DNA of 64,000 nucleotides from Candidatus Bathyarchaeia archaeon (GCA_035283685.1 DATETJ010000002.1:421362-485361), one strand, 5' to 3'; shown: positions 48,355 through 57,710, counted from the first letter of the stretch. Notes: generated from the letters alone by a model not told the origin. Translations and numbers: made by a program.

Positions 48355-50265
48355 GTGCTTCTGACGATGCTCGTTTCTTCGGTTTTGTTACTCGCAAATA
48401 TACATTCTGTGTCGCCCATTGTTTGGTCAAGCGAGAAACCGCTCCCAACTAACACGTCGTACTATGATGGATCTGCTTCGGTTACCCAGACATCGGATGG
48501 AAAAATTTGGGTAGTCTGGGACAAGGAGGTGCAGTCGCGCTGGTCTATTTTCTATACGACGTCGTCTGATTACGGCGCGACTTGGGCGCTTGAGCAAAAC
48601 CTCACCGCGGTTCCAAGTCAAGACTTTAACAAAGATCCGTCAATTGTTCAGCTGTCGAACGGAACAATAATAGTTGTGTGGGCAGCGCAGAAGAATCCGC
48701 CGCTTCTTCCCAATGATTTTGAAATGAGTGCATCGCCTAACGCGCTCACAATTCCTAGGGGAAGTTCAGGTTTTTCCAATATCACAGTCCATTCGCTGAA
48801 CGGCTTCAGTGACTTGGTGAGTTTGTCAACGAGGATTGGACCACCCACTCCACATATTACTACGGGTTTTAGCCCTCCTCAAGTGACGCCTCCGCCGAAC
48901 GGGAACGCTTATTCAGGTCTTACAATAAATGTTGGCGTGCAGACCCCTGTGGGCACGTACACTGTAACAGTGAGAGGCTACAACCAGGCGCTCGACGTAA
49001 CTCGAACCACGATTGTCACTGTGACTGTTCCTTCCACCTTAAGTTCACCTTCTTCGATGGTTAGCGACTTCTCGCCTGCGGCTGAGCCTACACAGTCTCC
49101 TTATGAACTTGTCTACAGAACCTCGTCAGATAATGGAACCACCTGGTCAGCTGAAAAGAAGCTTCCGCTTGACGATGCTTCTGGGGATAATTTGGCGCCT
49201 TCCATAATGCAGGCTGCTAATGGCTCTATTTGGCTTGTCTGGGTTTCTGGTCGGACGGGTAATTCCGAATTATATTATAAGACTTCGCCGGATGGGATTT
49301 CTTGGTCTAGTGATTTTCGGCTCACGTATAATGCGAGTGTGGATGGCAGCCCATCCATTGCGCAAATGCAAAATGGCAACATATGGGTTGTTTGGTCTAC
49401 GGACAGGTTTGGGTTAAACGAAGAGCTGATTTACAACGTTTACAATGGAACATCTTGGCTGGGTGAACAGCGGCTCACTAGCACCGTAGATTACATTGAC
49501 GTGTATCCCGCGATTCTTCAGGCATGGAATGGAACGATACGCGTATTCTGGACTATAATTGGTGTTCCAGGCGATGGCACAGGCGACATTTACTATGTGG
49601 AGTCAAATAACAATGGAACTTCGTGGTCAAGTCCGATTCCATTTACAACCGACACTCGGGAGGACCAGTGGGTTGCTGTGGCTGAGTCTGTGGACACGCG
49701 TATGTGGGTTGTGTGGACTTCGAATCGAACTGGTGGCTTTGACCTTTATTACAGAACTTCGCTTGTGCACAACTTGGCTGTCACTGTAGTTGATCCTTCG
49801 CCGCTCAGAGTCTACCAGAAAGAAAATGTGACGATAGATGTGACTGTGCGGAATTGGGGTGACTTTGGTGAATCCTTCACTTTGTCCTGTTACGCTAATA
49901 CTACCTTGGTATATTCTCGTCCAGTTACTTTAGCGTCTGGGGCTTGGACAACAGTGACTTTTGGATGGAATACGTCTGGTTTTGAGCGGGGCAACTACTA
50001 TGTGACCGCAGTGGCAAGCGTGGTCCTAGGTGAGATTTATGCTGGAGATAATTCTCTGACGCATTCAACTATTCGTGTGAAGCTTTTAGGTGACGTAGAT
50101 GACAGTGGGTTGGTCAACACGCGTGACATGTTTAATCTGGGAAAGGCTTTCGGATCTGTGCCTGGAAACCCTAATTGGAATGAAGAGGCAGACATGAACG
50201 GAGACAACGCAGTCAACACTGTTGATTTGTCGGAGTTAGTCGGCAACTTCGGCGCAACTGGCTAA
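48355..50265 (+). CDS. BNR/Asp-box repeat beta-propeller protein + Ig-like insert + CARDB + C-terminal dockerin
   Basis: The Asp-box motifs are SSDYGATW, SSDNGTTW, SPDGISW and SNNNGTSW. The CARDB region is HNLAVTVVDPSP...VTVRNWGD. The dockerin is at nt 50083-50262 (GDVDDSGLVNTRDMFNLGKAFG / ADMNGDNAVNTVDLSELVGNFG). Confidence 0.8.
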   Translation: MLLTMLVSSVLLLANIHSVSPIVWSSEKPLPTNTSYYDGSASVTQTSDGKIWVVWDKEVQSRWSIFYTTSSDYGATWALEQNLTAVPSQDFNKDPSIVQLSNGTIIVVWAAQKNPPLLPNDFEMSASPNALTIPRGSSGFSNITVHSLNGFSDLVSLSTRIGPPTPHITTGFSPPQVTPPPNGNAYSGLTINVGVQTPVGTYTVTVRGYNQALDVTRTTIVTVTVPSTLSSPSSMVSDFSPAAEPTQSPYELVYRTSSDNGTTWSAEKKLPLDDASGDNLAPSIMQAANGSIWLVWVSGRTGNSELYYKTSPDGISWSSDFRLTYNASVDGSPSIAQMQNGNIWVVWSTDRFGLNEELIYNVYNGTSWLGEQRLTSTVDYIDVYPAILQAWNGTIRVFWTIIGVPGDGTGDIYYVESNNNGTSWSSPIPFTTDTREDQWVAVAESVDTRMWVVWTSNRTGGFDLYYRTSLVHNLAVTVVDPSPLRVYQKENVTIDVTVRNWGDFGESFTLSCYANTTLVYSRPVTLASGAWTTVTFGWNTSGFERGNYYVTAVASVVLGEIYAGDNSLTHSTIRVKLLGDVDDSGLVNTRDMFNLGKAFGSVPGNPNWNEEADMNGDNAVNTVDLSELVGNFGATG

Positions 50266-50353
50266 CTGAGACCTGTCTCCTTCAATTATGGATAAGTTTA
50301 AATGTTTTATCTTCTCTGTTTTCCTACGAATCCTATTCACGCCTAAAGAGGAA

Positions 50354-51634
50354 ATGAGGATGCCGAAGCCTAAACATGTGTTGCTTTTGTTGAGTTTGTT
50401 TGTTTTGAGTCTTTCAGCTTTGAGTTTGGTCCCTTCGTCTGTGGAGCAGGTGAAGCCGCTTGTTTATGTTGATCCGACTCCTATTGATTTTGAGCCTGGC
50501 GAAAGTTTCAATATAAATATCACAATCAAGTCTGCTGTGAACGTGTTTGCTTGGGAGTTCAAGTTGTTGTGGAATGCGTCAGTTCTTAATTACACTGGAG
50601 CTGTTGAAGGCGACTTTCTTAAGGGTTTTCAAAACGCGTCCACTTATTGGGTTAACCCGGTGCTGACTCAAAACGTCAGTGACAAATATCGTGTTCTTCT
50701 TGGGGTTACTCGTTTAGGCGCTGATATTCCTGGGGTTAGCGGAAGTGGTAAGCTTGCTATGATAAGTTTTGATGTTTTGACCAAGGGCGAAACAACCTTA
50801 GATTTGGTGGAAACCAAATTGAGAGACAGCGTTCCAAATCCAATTGATCACGATTCGCGGGATGGTTTGTTCTCGAATACAGCTGGTTTTCCGCGACCTG
50901 ATTTTTCGTTCACTCCTGCTAAAGCGAATATTAATGAGACCATTACGTTTGATGCCAGCAATTCGACTGATGTTGATCAGGGCGTAGATCATTACATTGT
51001 TCTTTATTCTTGGAATTTCAGCGATGGCACTCCCGTCGTGGAGGAGGCTGGCGCCATTACTTATCATGCTTATTCTGAGGGTGGCACTTATGACGTGACT
51101 TTGACTGTTATGGACAATGATCGCTGGAACAGGTCGATTACTAAGGCGGTGAAGGTTCGGTTCACGTACGATGTCAAGGTCGCCGAGGTTAAAGCTGCGG
51201 TTGAGTCTGCTACAATTGGCGACAAAGTGGCTATTACGGTGAAGGTTAGCAATGAGGGTTCAGGCGATTTGACGAGTGTGAGTGTCACGGCTTATTATAG
51301 TGTAGGGTTGCAGTTGGGTACTGCTTTGGGTCCAGCGCAGACTACGTCGTTAGTTGTTGATCAGACTAAGACTTTGTCTTTCGAGTGGGACACTTCAGGT
51401 GTGGCTAAGGGCAGCTACCGAATTAACGCGGCGGTTGCTCCTGTTGCAGGTGAGCCTGAACAAGCTCAGGAGGATAATACGAGCCGGGGTGGCACGGTTA
51501 CGTTGGTTGAGGTTCAGGAGACTCCTTGGCTCTTGTACGGTGGCATTATCGCCGGAGTTGCCGTGGTGGCTGTTGTCGGTTTCCTGTTTATGAGGCGCCG
51601 AGGCGGCGGTGGCAAGCAAACTCCAATTCGCTAG
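50354..51634 (+). CDS. Membrane-anchored cohesin (class 2) - PKD - CARDB surface protein
   Basis: The start is taken at MRMPKPKHVLLLL (the track ORF starts at 50288). The cohesin is at nt 50459-50875 (NVFAWEFKLLW...GSGKLAMISF). The PKD motif is FDASNST...YSWNFSDGT and the CARDB motif is VTVKVSNEGSGD. A C-terminal TM helix plus RRRGGGG follows. Confidence 0.8.
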   Translation: MRMPKPKHVLLLLSLFVLSLSALSLVPSSVEQVKPLVYVDPTPIDFEPGESFNINITIKSAVNVFAWEFKLLWNASVLNYTGAVEGDFLKGFQNASTYWVNPVLTQNVSDKYRVLLGVTRLGADIPGVSGSGKLAMISFDVLTKGETTLDLVETKLRDSVPNPIDHDSRDGLFSNTAGFPRPDFSFTPAKANINETITFDASNSTDVDQGVDHYIVLYSWNFSDGTPVVEEAGAITYHAYSEGGTYDVTLTVMDNDRWNRSITKAVKVRFTYDVKVAEVKAAVESATIGDKVAITVKVSNEGSGDLTSVSVTAYYSVGLQLGTALGPAQTTSLVVDQTKTLSFEWDTSGVAKGSYRINAAVAPVAGEPEQAQEDNTSRGGTVTLVEVQETPWLLYGGIIAGVAVVAVVGFLFMRRRGGGGKQTPIR

Positions 51635-51848
51635 ACCCGGAAACTTCTAGCATCTCTTTTTTCTTGTGGTCTTTTTGGAAATCTGTTTCTTAGTAGAGGC
51701 AAGTTCTGGCGTTTGATGCGCCTTTTTCCATTATAGTGTGGTTACAATAATCGTCTAGTATTGTGTTTAGTAGATGTGTTCAGCAACTTTTAAATTGTGT
51801 CTTGCATTTAGTTTCACATGTTCAACGTTGGAGAGAGAAGGCGAGGAC

Positions 51849-54761
51849 ATGAAGAAACCTAATCCGCGTCAGGTTTACGGCATAATTGTTTTACTCACGG
51901 TTTTGATCACTCCATTTCTGCCATTAGTACCAACGGCGAAATCACAAGCTTCAACAATCGTGTATGTCGATCCCCCTTCCACTACGGGCTTATTGCCCGG
52001 AGACATTTTCGCTGTTAACATAATGATCTCGGGCGCTGTCGATCTGAAATCATGGCAGTTCAAAATGTCTTTTCAAGGAGTCATCGACGGAGTGCTAATG
52101 GTCACCGATGTCATTGAAGGCGACTTCCTGATGATAGGAGGCACAACCTACTTCACCAAGAACATTAACAATGACGCTGGCTGGGTTCAAGCCGCCGCCA
52201 GCATTCTGGGTCAGGTGGGCGGCGTGTACGGAGACGGCTGGTTGGCAACAGTGATCTTTAAAGTTGTTGGAGGCGGCGAAAGCCCGCTCGACCTGCATGA
52301 CACGATACTTCTTGATTCAAACAGTGCTGCGATTCCGCATGATGTAACTGACGGGAGTTATGTTGGTGCTGCACCTTATGCCTCTTTCAGTTACCGTCCG
52401 TATGAGGTGATTGATGGCTATGAGCCTGCAGCTAATCAAACAGTCACGCTTAATGCTACTGACAGCTACGATCCAGAAGGAACGATTATAGCAGACTATG
52501 CCTGGAACATCACCACAGCTGATTTGGCGGAAGTTATCGCAGCTTTCAGTACAACTGATAAAATCTCAACGCACAGCTTCACAAAAGAAGGGCTATACCT
52601 TGTGAAACTCAATGTTACTGACAGCGATTCGCCGAATCCCCATTGGGATGCGACTAACAAGACTATTAACATTGTAAGAAGAGACATAAACGTCACTAAG
52701 GTCGAAGTCGTGCCCATTGGAGAGATCATACCTGGGACTTTGATAAGCATCAATGTTACTGTCCAAAACATTGGAACTGGACAAGAAGACTTCGGTGTAA
52801 CCACATTCTATAATGGCGTTCCAATAAGCACCACGCAGATAATAGGACTGAGCCCGAAAACTCCCGGGACACCATATTTGCAGTACACTAAAAGCACAGT
52901 GCATACTTGGGATACAACGGGCATCCCAGAAGCTGTATACGCCATAAAAGGCGTGGCAATCACAGACCCCGGCGAGAACAACATAACAAACAACGAGCTT
53001 GTTGGCGGAAGCGTAACGATTGCATCCGCGAGCAGGCTCATATACAATATTCCAGTTTTTGGCAGAACGTTCACAGTCGGGATACGCACGGACTCGCTGG
53101 CGTCTGCTGATGCGAATGAAATGTTTGTTCACGGCGAGAAAAAATTGACCTTTAACGTCACAGGACAACAAGGAATCTTACGCTTCTCAAACGTAACATT
53201 ACCGCATGATCTACTGAACGCCTCAAGTCCAACAGCGTGGATTGTTAAACTAAACGGCTCCAACACCAACTACATGGCAATATTCAACAGCACTCATTAC
53301 TTCATATACCTCAACTACACATTCGCAAGCGCTTACACAGTGAGTATAATAGGAGAAAGCGTTGCCGACCCACCACAGCCTATCCTAATAATCACACCAA
53401 CACGAGGGGTCGCCGGTCAACCTGTGACACTTGATGCCTCCTCGAGCACAGATCCTGACGGTCACGGTTTCACCGAGTTCTTTTACTGGGCTTACAGGGT
53501 TTCTGCGCAGGGTGACAAAATCAATTTCTGGAACAAAACCACGACCGACGATTCAGTTACCGTGGTGTTTAACCAGTCTGCCCTCAGTCTGAACTCGCTA
53601 CGAGTGACCTTGACCATTACGGACAGCTGGGGAATGGAGAACACGACTCAAGAGCAAATTCTCGACGTGTTGTGGCCGTTTGACATAGCCTTAGTAGACA
53701 TTGACGTCTCCAAGGACTCCATCAACATAGGTGAAGCAATTTTCATCAATGTGACAGTGACAAGTGTCCTCGATACTCATGGCGACAAAGTGCTGTTCAA
53801 AGTCACAATATATGGCAATGATACCACATTGACGACGAAGCTGGTCAAACCTAACATACAACCTCCGGAAATCCAAGTGCCCGAAGTTGGCATTAATGCA
53901 CGAGCGGATTTCGAATGGAACACAACAAGCTTGGCAATCGGCACTTACACGCTGAAAGCAACTGTAACAGTCGTCGAGTATTCCACTATACGCACGAATC
54001 TTCCTGCGGAAATCAACATCACAGATAACATGCTGACTTACGGCGAGGTAACAATAAAGAAATGGGGAAGTCTAGTAACCATGGTACTGTCGCCTTCAAC
54101 AATTAACATAGGACAAGACACCAAGATCAGCGGGGCGGTAACTCGTTCAGCAACTTCGCTTACAGATGTCCCCGTAACCGTTCAGTACAGAGGCTCTGGA
54201 CAAACCGGCGCATGGACTGACGCTGCAACAGTGAACACAAACGTTCAAGGACAATATCAATACACATGGAAGCCCCTCTTGGCTGGCAACTATGACATAA
54301 GAGCTAGTTGGGCTGGAGACAGCATCACGTCGGCTAACGTGAGCACAACCAGAGCTTTAGTAGTTCGTCAAGCAATAAGTGAGATAACCATCGAGGTCAC
54401 AGCCAGATCAGCAACTGCAGGCTCCACAATAACCATTAGTGGCACAATCACCCCTTATGCGCCTGCTGTATCAGTGACAATTAATGTGCGGAAAGACGGC
54501 GGAACTTGGACAACGCTGGTTACAGTGACAACTGACGCTCAAGGCAACTATCAGTATGGATGGAAGCCAGGCGAAGCTGGAAGCTACGAACTGCAAGCAA
54601 CATGGGAAGGTAACGTTAACGCCGGGGCGAGCGAAAGCGACATCAAAACCGTGTCAGTGTCCGCTGATGGATTACAAAGCATCTACATATACATCGCTGT
54701 GGGAGCAATCATACTTATCGCTGTGGTTGCGGCAGTGTTCTTCCTTAGAAAGAGAAAATAA
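51849..54761 (+). CDS. Large membrane-anchored cohesin (class 1) protein with PKD/CARDB/Ig-like array
   Basis: The start is taken at MKKPNPRQ (the track ORF starts at 51774). The cohesin is at nt 51960-52367 and is close to the module at 30816-31223. It has PKD-like motifs (LDASSSTDPDG), CARDB-like segments and two tandem Ig-like repeats (NVQGQYQYTWKP / DAQGNYQYGWKP). A C-terminal TM helix plus FLRKRK follows. Confidence 0.8.
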   Translation: MKKPNPRQVYGIIVLLTVLITPFLPLVPTAKSQASTIVYVDPPSTTGLLPGDIFAVNIMISGAVDLKSWQFKMSFQGVIDGVLMVTDVIEGDFLMIGGTTYFTKNINNDAGWVQAAASILGQVGGVYGDGWLATVIFKVVGGGESPLDLHDTILLDSNSAAIPHDVTDGSYVGAAPYASFSYRPYEVIDGYEPAANQTVTLNATDSYDPEGTIIADYAWNITTADLAEVIAAFSTTDKISTHSFTKEGLYLVKLNVTDSDSPNPHWDATNKTINIVRRDINVTKVEVVPIGEIIPGTLISINVTVQNIGTGQEDFGVTTFYNGVPISTTQIIGLSPKTPGTPYLQYTKSTVHTWDTTGIPEAVYAIKGVAITDPGENNITNNELVGGSVTIASASRLIYNIPVFGRTFTVGIRTDSLASADANEMFVHGEKKLTFNVTGQQGILRFSNVTLPHDLLNASSPTAWIVKLNGSNTNYMAIFNSTHYFIYLNYTFASAYTVSIIGESVADPPQPILIITPTRGVAGQPVTLDASSSTDPDGHGFTEFFYWAYRVSAQGDKINFWNKTTTDDSVTVVFNQSALSLNSLRVTLTITDSWGMENTTQEQILDVLWPFDIALVDIDVSKDSINIGEAIFINVTVTSVLDTHGDKVLFKVTIYGNDTTLTTKLVKPNIQPPEIQVPEVGINARADFEWNTTSLAIGTYTLKATVTVVEYSTIRTNLPAEINITDNMLTYGEVTIKKWGSLVTMVLSPSTINIGQDTKISGAVTRSATSLTDVPVTVQYRGSGQTGAWTDAATVNTNVQGQYQYTWKPLLAGNYDIRASWAGDSITSANVSTTRALVVRQAISEITIEVTARSATAGSTITISGTITPYAPAVSVTINVRKDGGTWTTLVTVTTDAQGNYQYGWKPGEAGSYELQATWEGNVNAGASESDIKTVSVSADGLQSIYIYIAVGAIILIAVVAAVFFLRKRK

Positions 54762-54894
54762 GGCGGGCATTGAACTCGTAGACGCTTTCTCCCATCTTTC
54801 TGTATGCTCTGGCTTATAGACGACAATTACACAAACGATTTATATTTGACTGCAGTTTTATTACGTGTAGTTGGCAGTAGAGGGAGAGAAAGAG

Positions 54895-56076
54895 ATGAAA
54901 CGTGTACTAGCAATAGCACTATTTATGATTATAGGTTTCAGCGCAGTTTTCAGCATGGTAAAAATAACTTCAGCAACAACAATCATAACTTTGAGTATTG
55001 ACCCCCTGAAAGTTCCTGGAAAAGTCGGAAGAAACATCACATTCGACATCGCCATCAGCGGAGTCAACTCATCCGTCCTTGACTTGTGGGCGTGGGAACT
55101 CAAACTCAACTGGACAGACATTGACTTCAACTACGTCAGCGCAGTGCAAGGTTCGTTCCTTGCACAAAGCGGCACCACCTTCTGGGTCTCACCAATTAGG
55201 AGCGGCACAGGAGGCAACGAAACTTTGACTTTGGCTTGCACGCGTACGGGAGCCGGATCAGGCTCCTTGGGTAGCGGTGTTCTAGCCACCATAACCCTAT
55301 ATGTGGTCGGTGGAACATCAGGATCCAAATTTGACCTTTACTCCATCAAGCTGCGGAACAGCCTCCTTAATCCAATTGAGCCGCCAACATACGATGTAAG
55401 CGTGCTCGATCAAGTGGGCGAGTTTGCACGACCAAGAAGCTATGATCTCGAACCGGTGTTTGGCGAGGTTGACATTTATGATCTAGCGGTCGTAGGAGTG
55501 AACTACGGAACAAACGTTATCCGCGTCACAAAGATTGCCACACAATGGGCAGTAGCAGGTGGAGCTGGATGGCTCAATCCAGAGTTTGTGGGATCTTCTG
55601 ATGACACTCGGGCATCCGAAACGACTCTCAACGATGCACATAGATGGACTAACTTCGGCTTCAACACAACATCTTGGACGGGAGTGAGTAAAGTCGAAGT
55701 GGGGCTGGAGAGAATGGTTGACAGCAGCTTCAGATTGATAACCGTTGCAATGTCCAACGACAATGGCGGAACTTGGAGCGCCACGACGTTTACTCACAAC
55801 GCCTCTGACCAATTTGACACTCTCGTCTGGGTCGATGTAACCACAGCATACGCTTGGACCAAAGCAATGGTGAATAACATCGCGGTCAGACTGACCTATG
55901 CTTCGGCTACAGGAACAACATTCCGTCTTGACTACTTGGCTATTAGGGTCACTCCGTCTCCAGTGCTTTTGCCGCCAGAGGTATTTGATCCAGAAGCGGA
56001 TGTAGACAACGACCTTAACGTTGACATTGATGACTTGGTCAGAGTGGCGACCAATTATGGGGAGTACGAACTATAA
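54895..56076 (+). CDS. Cohesin + split-dockerin protein (putative adaptor)
   Basis: The start is taken at MKRVLAIALF (the track ORF starts at 54871). The cohesin is at nt 54982-55425 (LWAWELKLNW...GSGVLATITL). The dockerin half-sites are at nt 55441-55512 (GEVDIYDLAVVGVNYG) and 55978-56073 (DVDNDLNVDIDDLVRVATNYG). They are separated by about 155 aa. Confidence 0.75.
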   Translation: MKRVLAIALFMIIGFSAVFSMVKITSATTIITLSIDPLKVPGKVGRNITFDIAISGVNSSVLDLWAWELKLNWTDIDFNYVSAVQGSFLAQSGTTFWVSPIRSGTGGNETLTLACTRTGAGSGSLGSGVLATITLYVVGGTSGSKFDLYSIKLRNSLLNPIEPPTYDVSVLDQVGEFARPRSYDLEPVFGEVDIYDLAVVGVNYGTNVIRVTKIATQWAVAGGAGWLNPEFVGSSDDTRASETTLNDAHRWTNFGFNTTSWTGVSKVEVGLERMVDSSFRLITVAMSNDNGGTWSATTFTHNASDQFDTLVWVDVTTAYAWTKAMVNNIAVRLTYASATGTTFRLDYLAIRVTPSPVLLPPEVFDPEADVDNDLNVDIDDLVRVATNYGEYEL

Positions 56077-56092
56077 TTTGGAGGGAGCGTGA

Positions 56093-57685
56093 ATGAACAA
56101 AGCAATCAAGATTATGTTGCTTCTGCTTGCACTTGCACTAGCTTCAGTCCTTACAGCTTCAGACAAAGTTGCGCCTTTCCAAATCGAAAGCGCTAGCGCA
56201 CCTCCAGTTACCGGTACGTATGCTTCCCGCCCCAGCAATTACACATTTAGTAGTGGGGTATTCGCGAGATTCCCAGACAGAGCGTACGATGGCAGCAACG
56301 CAACAACAAACGTTGCCAATTGGGCCCACACCAACGGAGCAGGTTACGGCACATCTAACGGCTACTTTGAGCTAAACGTCTACGGTCCGAGGGCAGCACC
56401 GCCTAGGGGTTCAAGAATCACGCGGGTTGATCTGCATGTTGTTTTCTTTGTGGTATCGCAGACGTCAGATACCGGAGCCACAATGTACATCAACTATCGG
56501 GTAAGTCCGAGCACTACTAACACTACTCTTCAATCGTGGACTCGAGCACAGCTAAACGTTAGTGCTCCCTGGCATAACAGAACTTATACCAATCAAGCAG
56601 ATCCCAACGGCGGCGGATGGGCTTGGGAAGACTTATCCAACCTGAAGTTCCGGTTCAACAGACAAGACCCGAGTACGCCAAGCACCAGCGGCGTCTTACG
56701 AATCCATGAGGTTTGGGCAACTGTTTACTACGAGTTTACGCAAACAGTCGCCATCTATCCAAAGATTCAATCGCCTATTCCTTCCCAAGTCAAAATAAAC
56801 GTCACAGGAATAGAGGAGCTGTACGGCTTTGAGTTTAAGATGACCTACAACGCAACAGCGATAACTGTGACAAGCGTCCAATTAGGACCATATCTGAACA
56901 CCACGGCTGGTGCAGGAAACACTTATGGCGCTCTACTCAAACTGAATGACACAGCAGGCTTCGTTTGGGCTACACAATCAATTCGAGGAAACATTAGAGG
57001 CGGAAACATAGCTTACGGAACTTGGCAAACGCTAGCCACAATAAACATCGCTACCCAATCTGGTGGACCAACCAACCTCAACTTCGAAGTCAAACTCGCA
57101 GGACACAACTACCTCATAAAGAAGGCATACCCCGGTTCCTTCACACTAATCCAGCCTGGACATGACGTTGCAGTAACAAACATCGTTCCAACACCAACAA
57201 CGGTAACGCGAGGAGACAACGTAACAGTTGACGTCACAGTCAGAAACGACGGCGACTACATCGAAACATTCTACCTATCAACCTACGCTAACACATCAGC
57301 CGCAACCTCGCTAATAGAAACCAAAACCGTGAGCGGCTTAGGCTTAGGCGCAACCCAAGTAGTGTCCTTCACATGGAACACCCGCGACTTCCCGAGAGGC
57401 AACTACACAGTCAGCGCAGTAGCAGCTACAATAGGCGTACTAGACACAGACTCAACTGACAACACACTATACAACCTAGCCTCAGTAGTAGAAGTCAACC
57501 CACTCTTCGGCGACATAAACGAAGACGGCTGGGTAAGCAGCGCCGACCTCGCAGCCATCAACTTCTCATGGGGAACCCAACCCGGAGACCTACTCTGGAA
57601 CTTGAACGCTGACCTAAGCAGCGACAGCTTCATAGACGCTGAAGACCTCAGACTACTCGGCGAAGCCTGGGAACCACCAGCATAA
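56093..57685 (+). CDS. Unknown N-terminal module + cohesin + CARDB + C-terminal dockerin protein
   Basis: It has a GGAGGGAG RBS and a signal peptide. The cohesin is at nt 56744-57151 (LYGFEFKMTY...WQTLATINI). The CARDB region is HDVAVTNIVP...VTVRNDGD. The dockerin is at nt 57500-57673 (GDINEDGWVSSADLAAINFSWG / ADLSSDSFIDAEDLRLLGEAW). Confidence 0.8.
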   Translation: MNKAIKIMLLLLALALASVLTASDKVAPFQIESASAPPVTGTYASRPSNYTFSSGVFARFPDRAYDGSNATTNVANWAHTNGAGYGTSNGYFELNVYGPRAAPPRGSRITRVDLHVVFFVVSQTSDTGATMYINYRVSPSTTNTTLQSWTRAQLNVSAPWHNRTYTNQADPNGGGWAWEDLSNLKFRFNRQDPSTPSTSGVLRIHEVWATVYYEFTQTVAIYPKIQSPIPSQVKINVTGIEELYGFEFKMTYNATAITVTSVQLGPYLNTTAGAGNTYGALLKLNDTAGFVWATQSIRGNIRGGNIAYGTWQTLATINIATQSGGPTNLNFEVKLAGHNYLIKKAYPGSFTLIQPGHDVAVTNIVPTPTTVTRGDNVTVDVTVRNDGDYIETFYLSTYANTSAATSLIETKTVSGLGLGATQVVSFTWNTRDFPRGNYTVSAVAATIGVLDTDSTDNTLYNLASVVEVNPLFGDINEDGWVSSADLAAINFSWGTQPGDLLWNLNADLSSDSFIDAEDLRLLGEAWEPPA

Positions 57686-57710
57686 AAAACACCAGCTCTC
57701 ACACATCATC

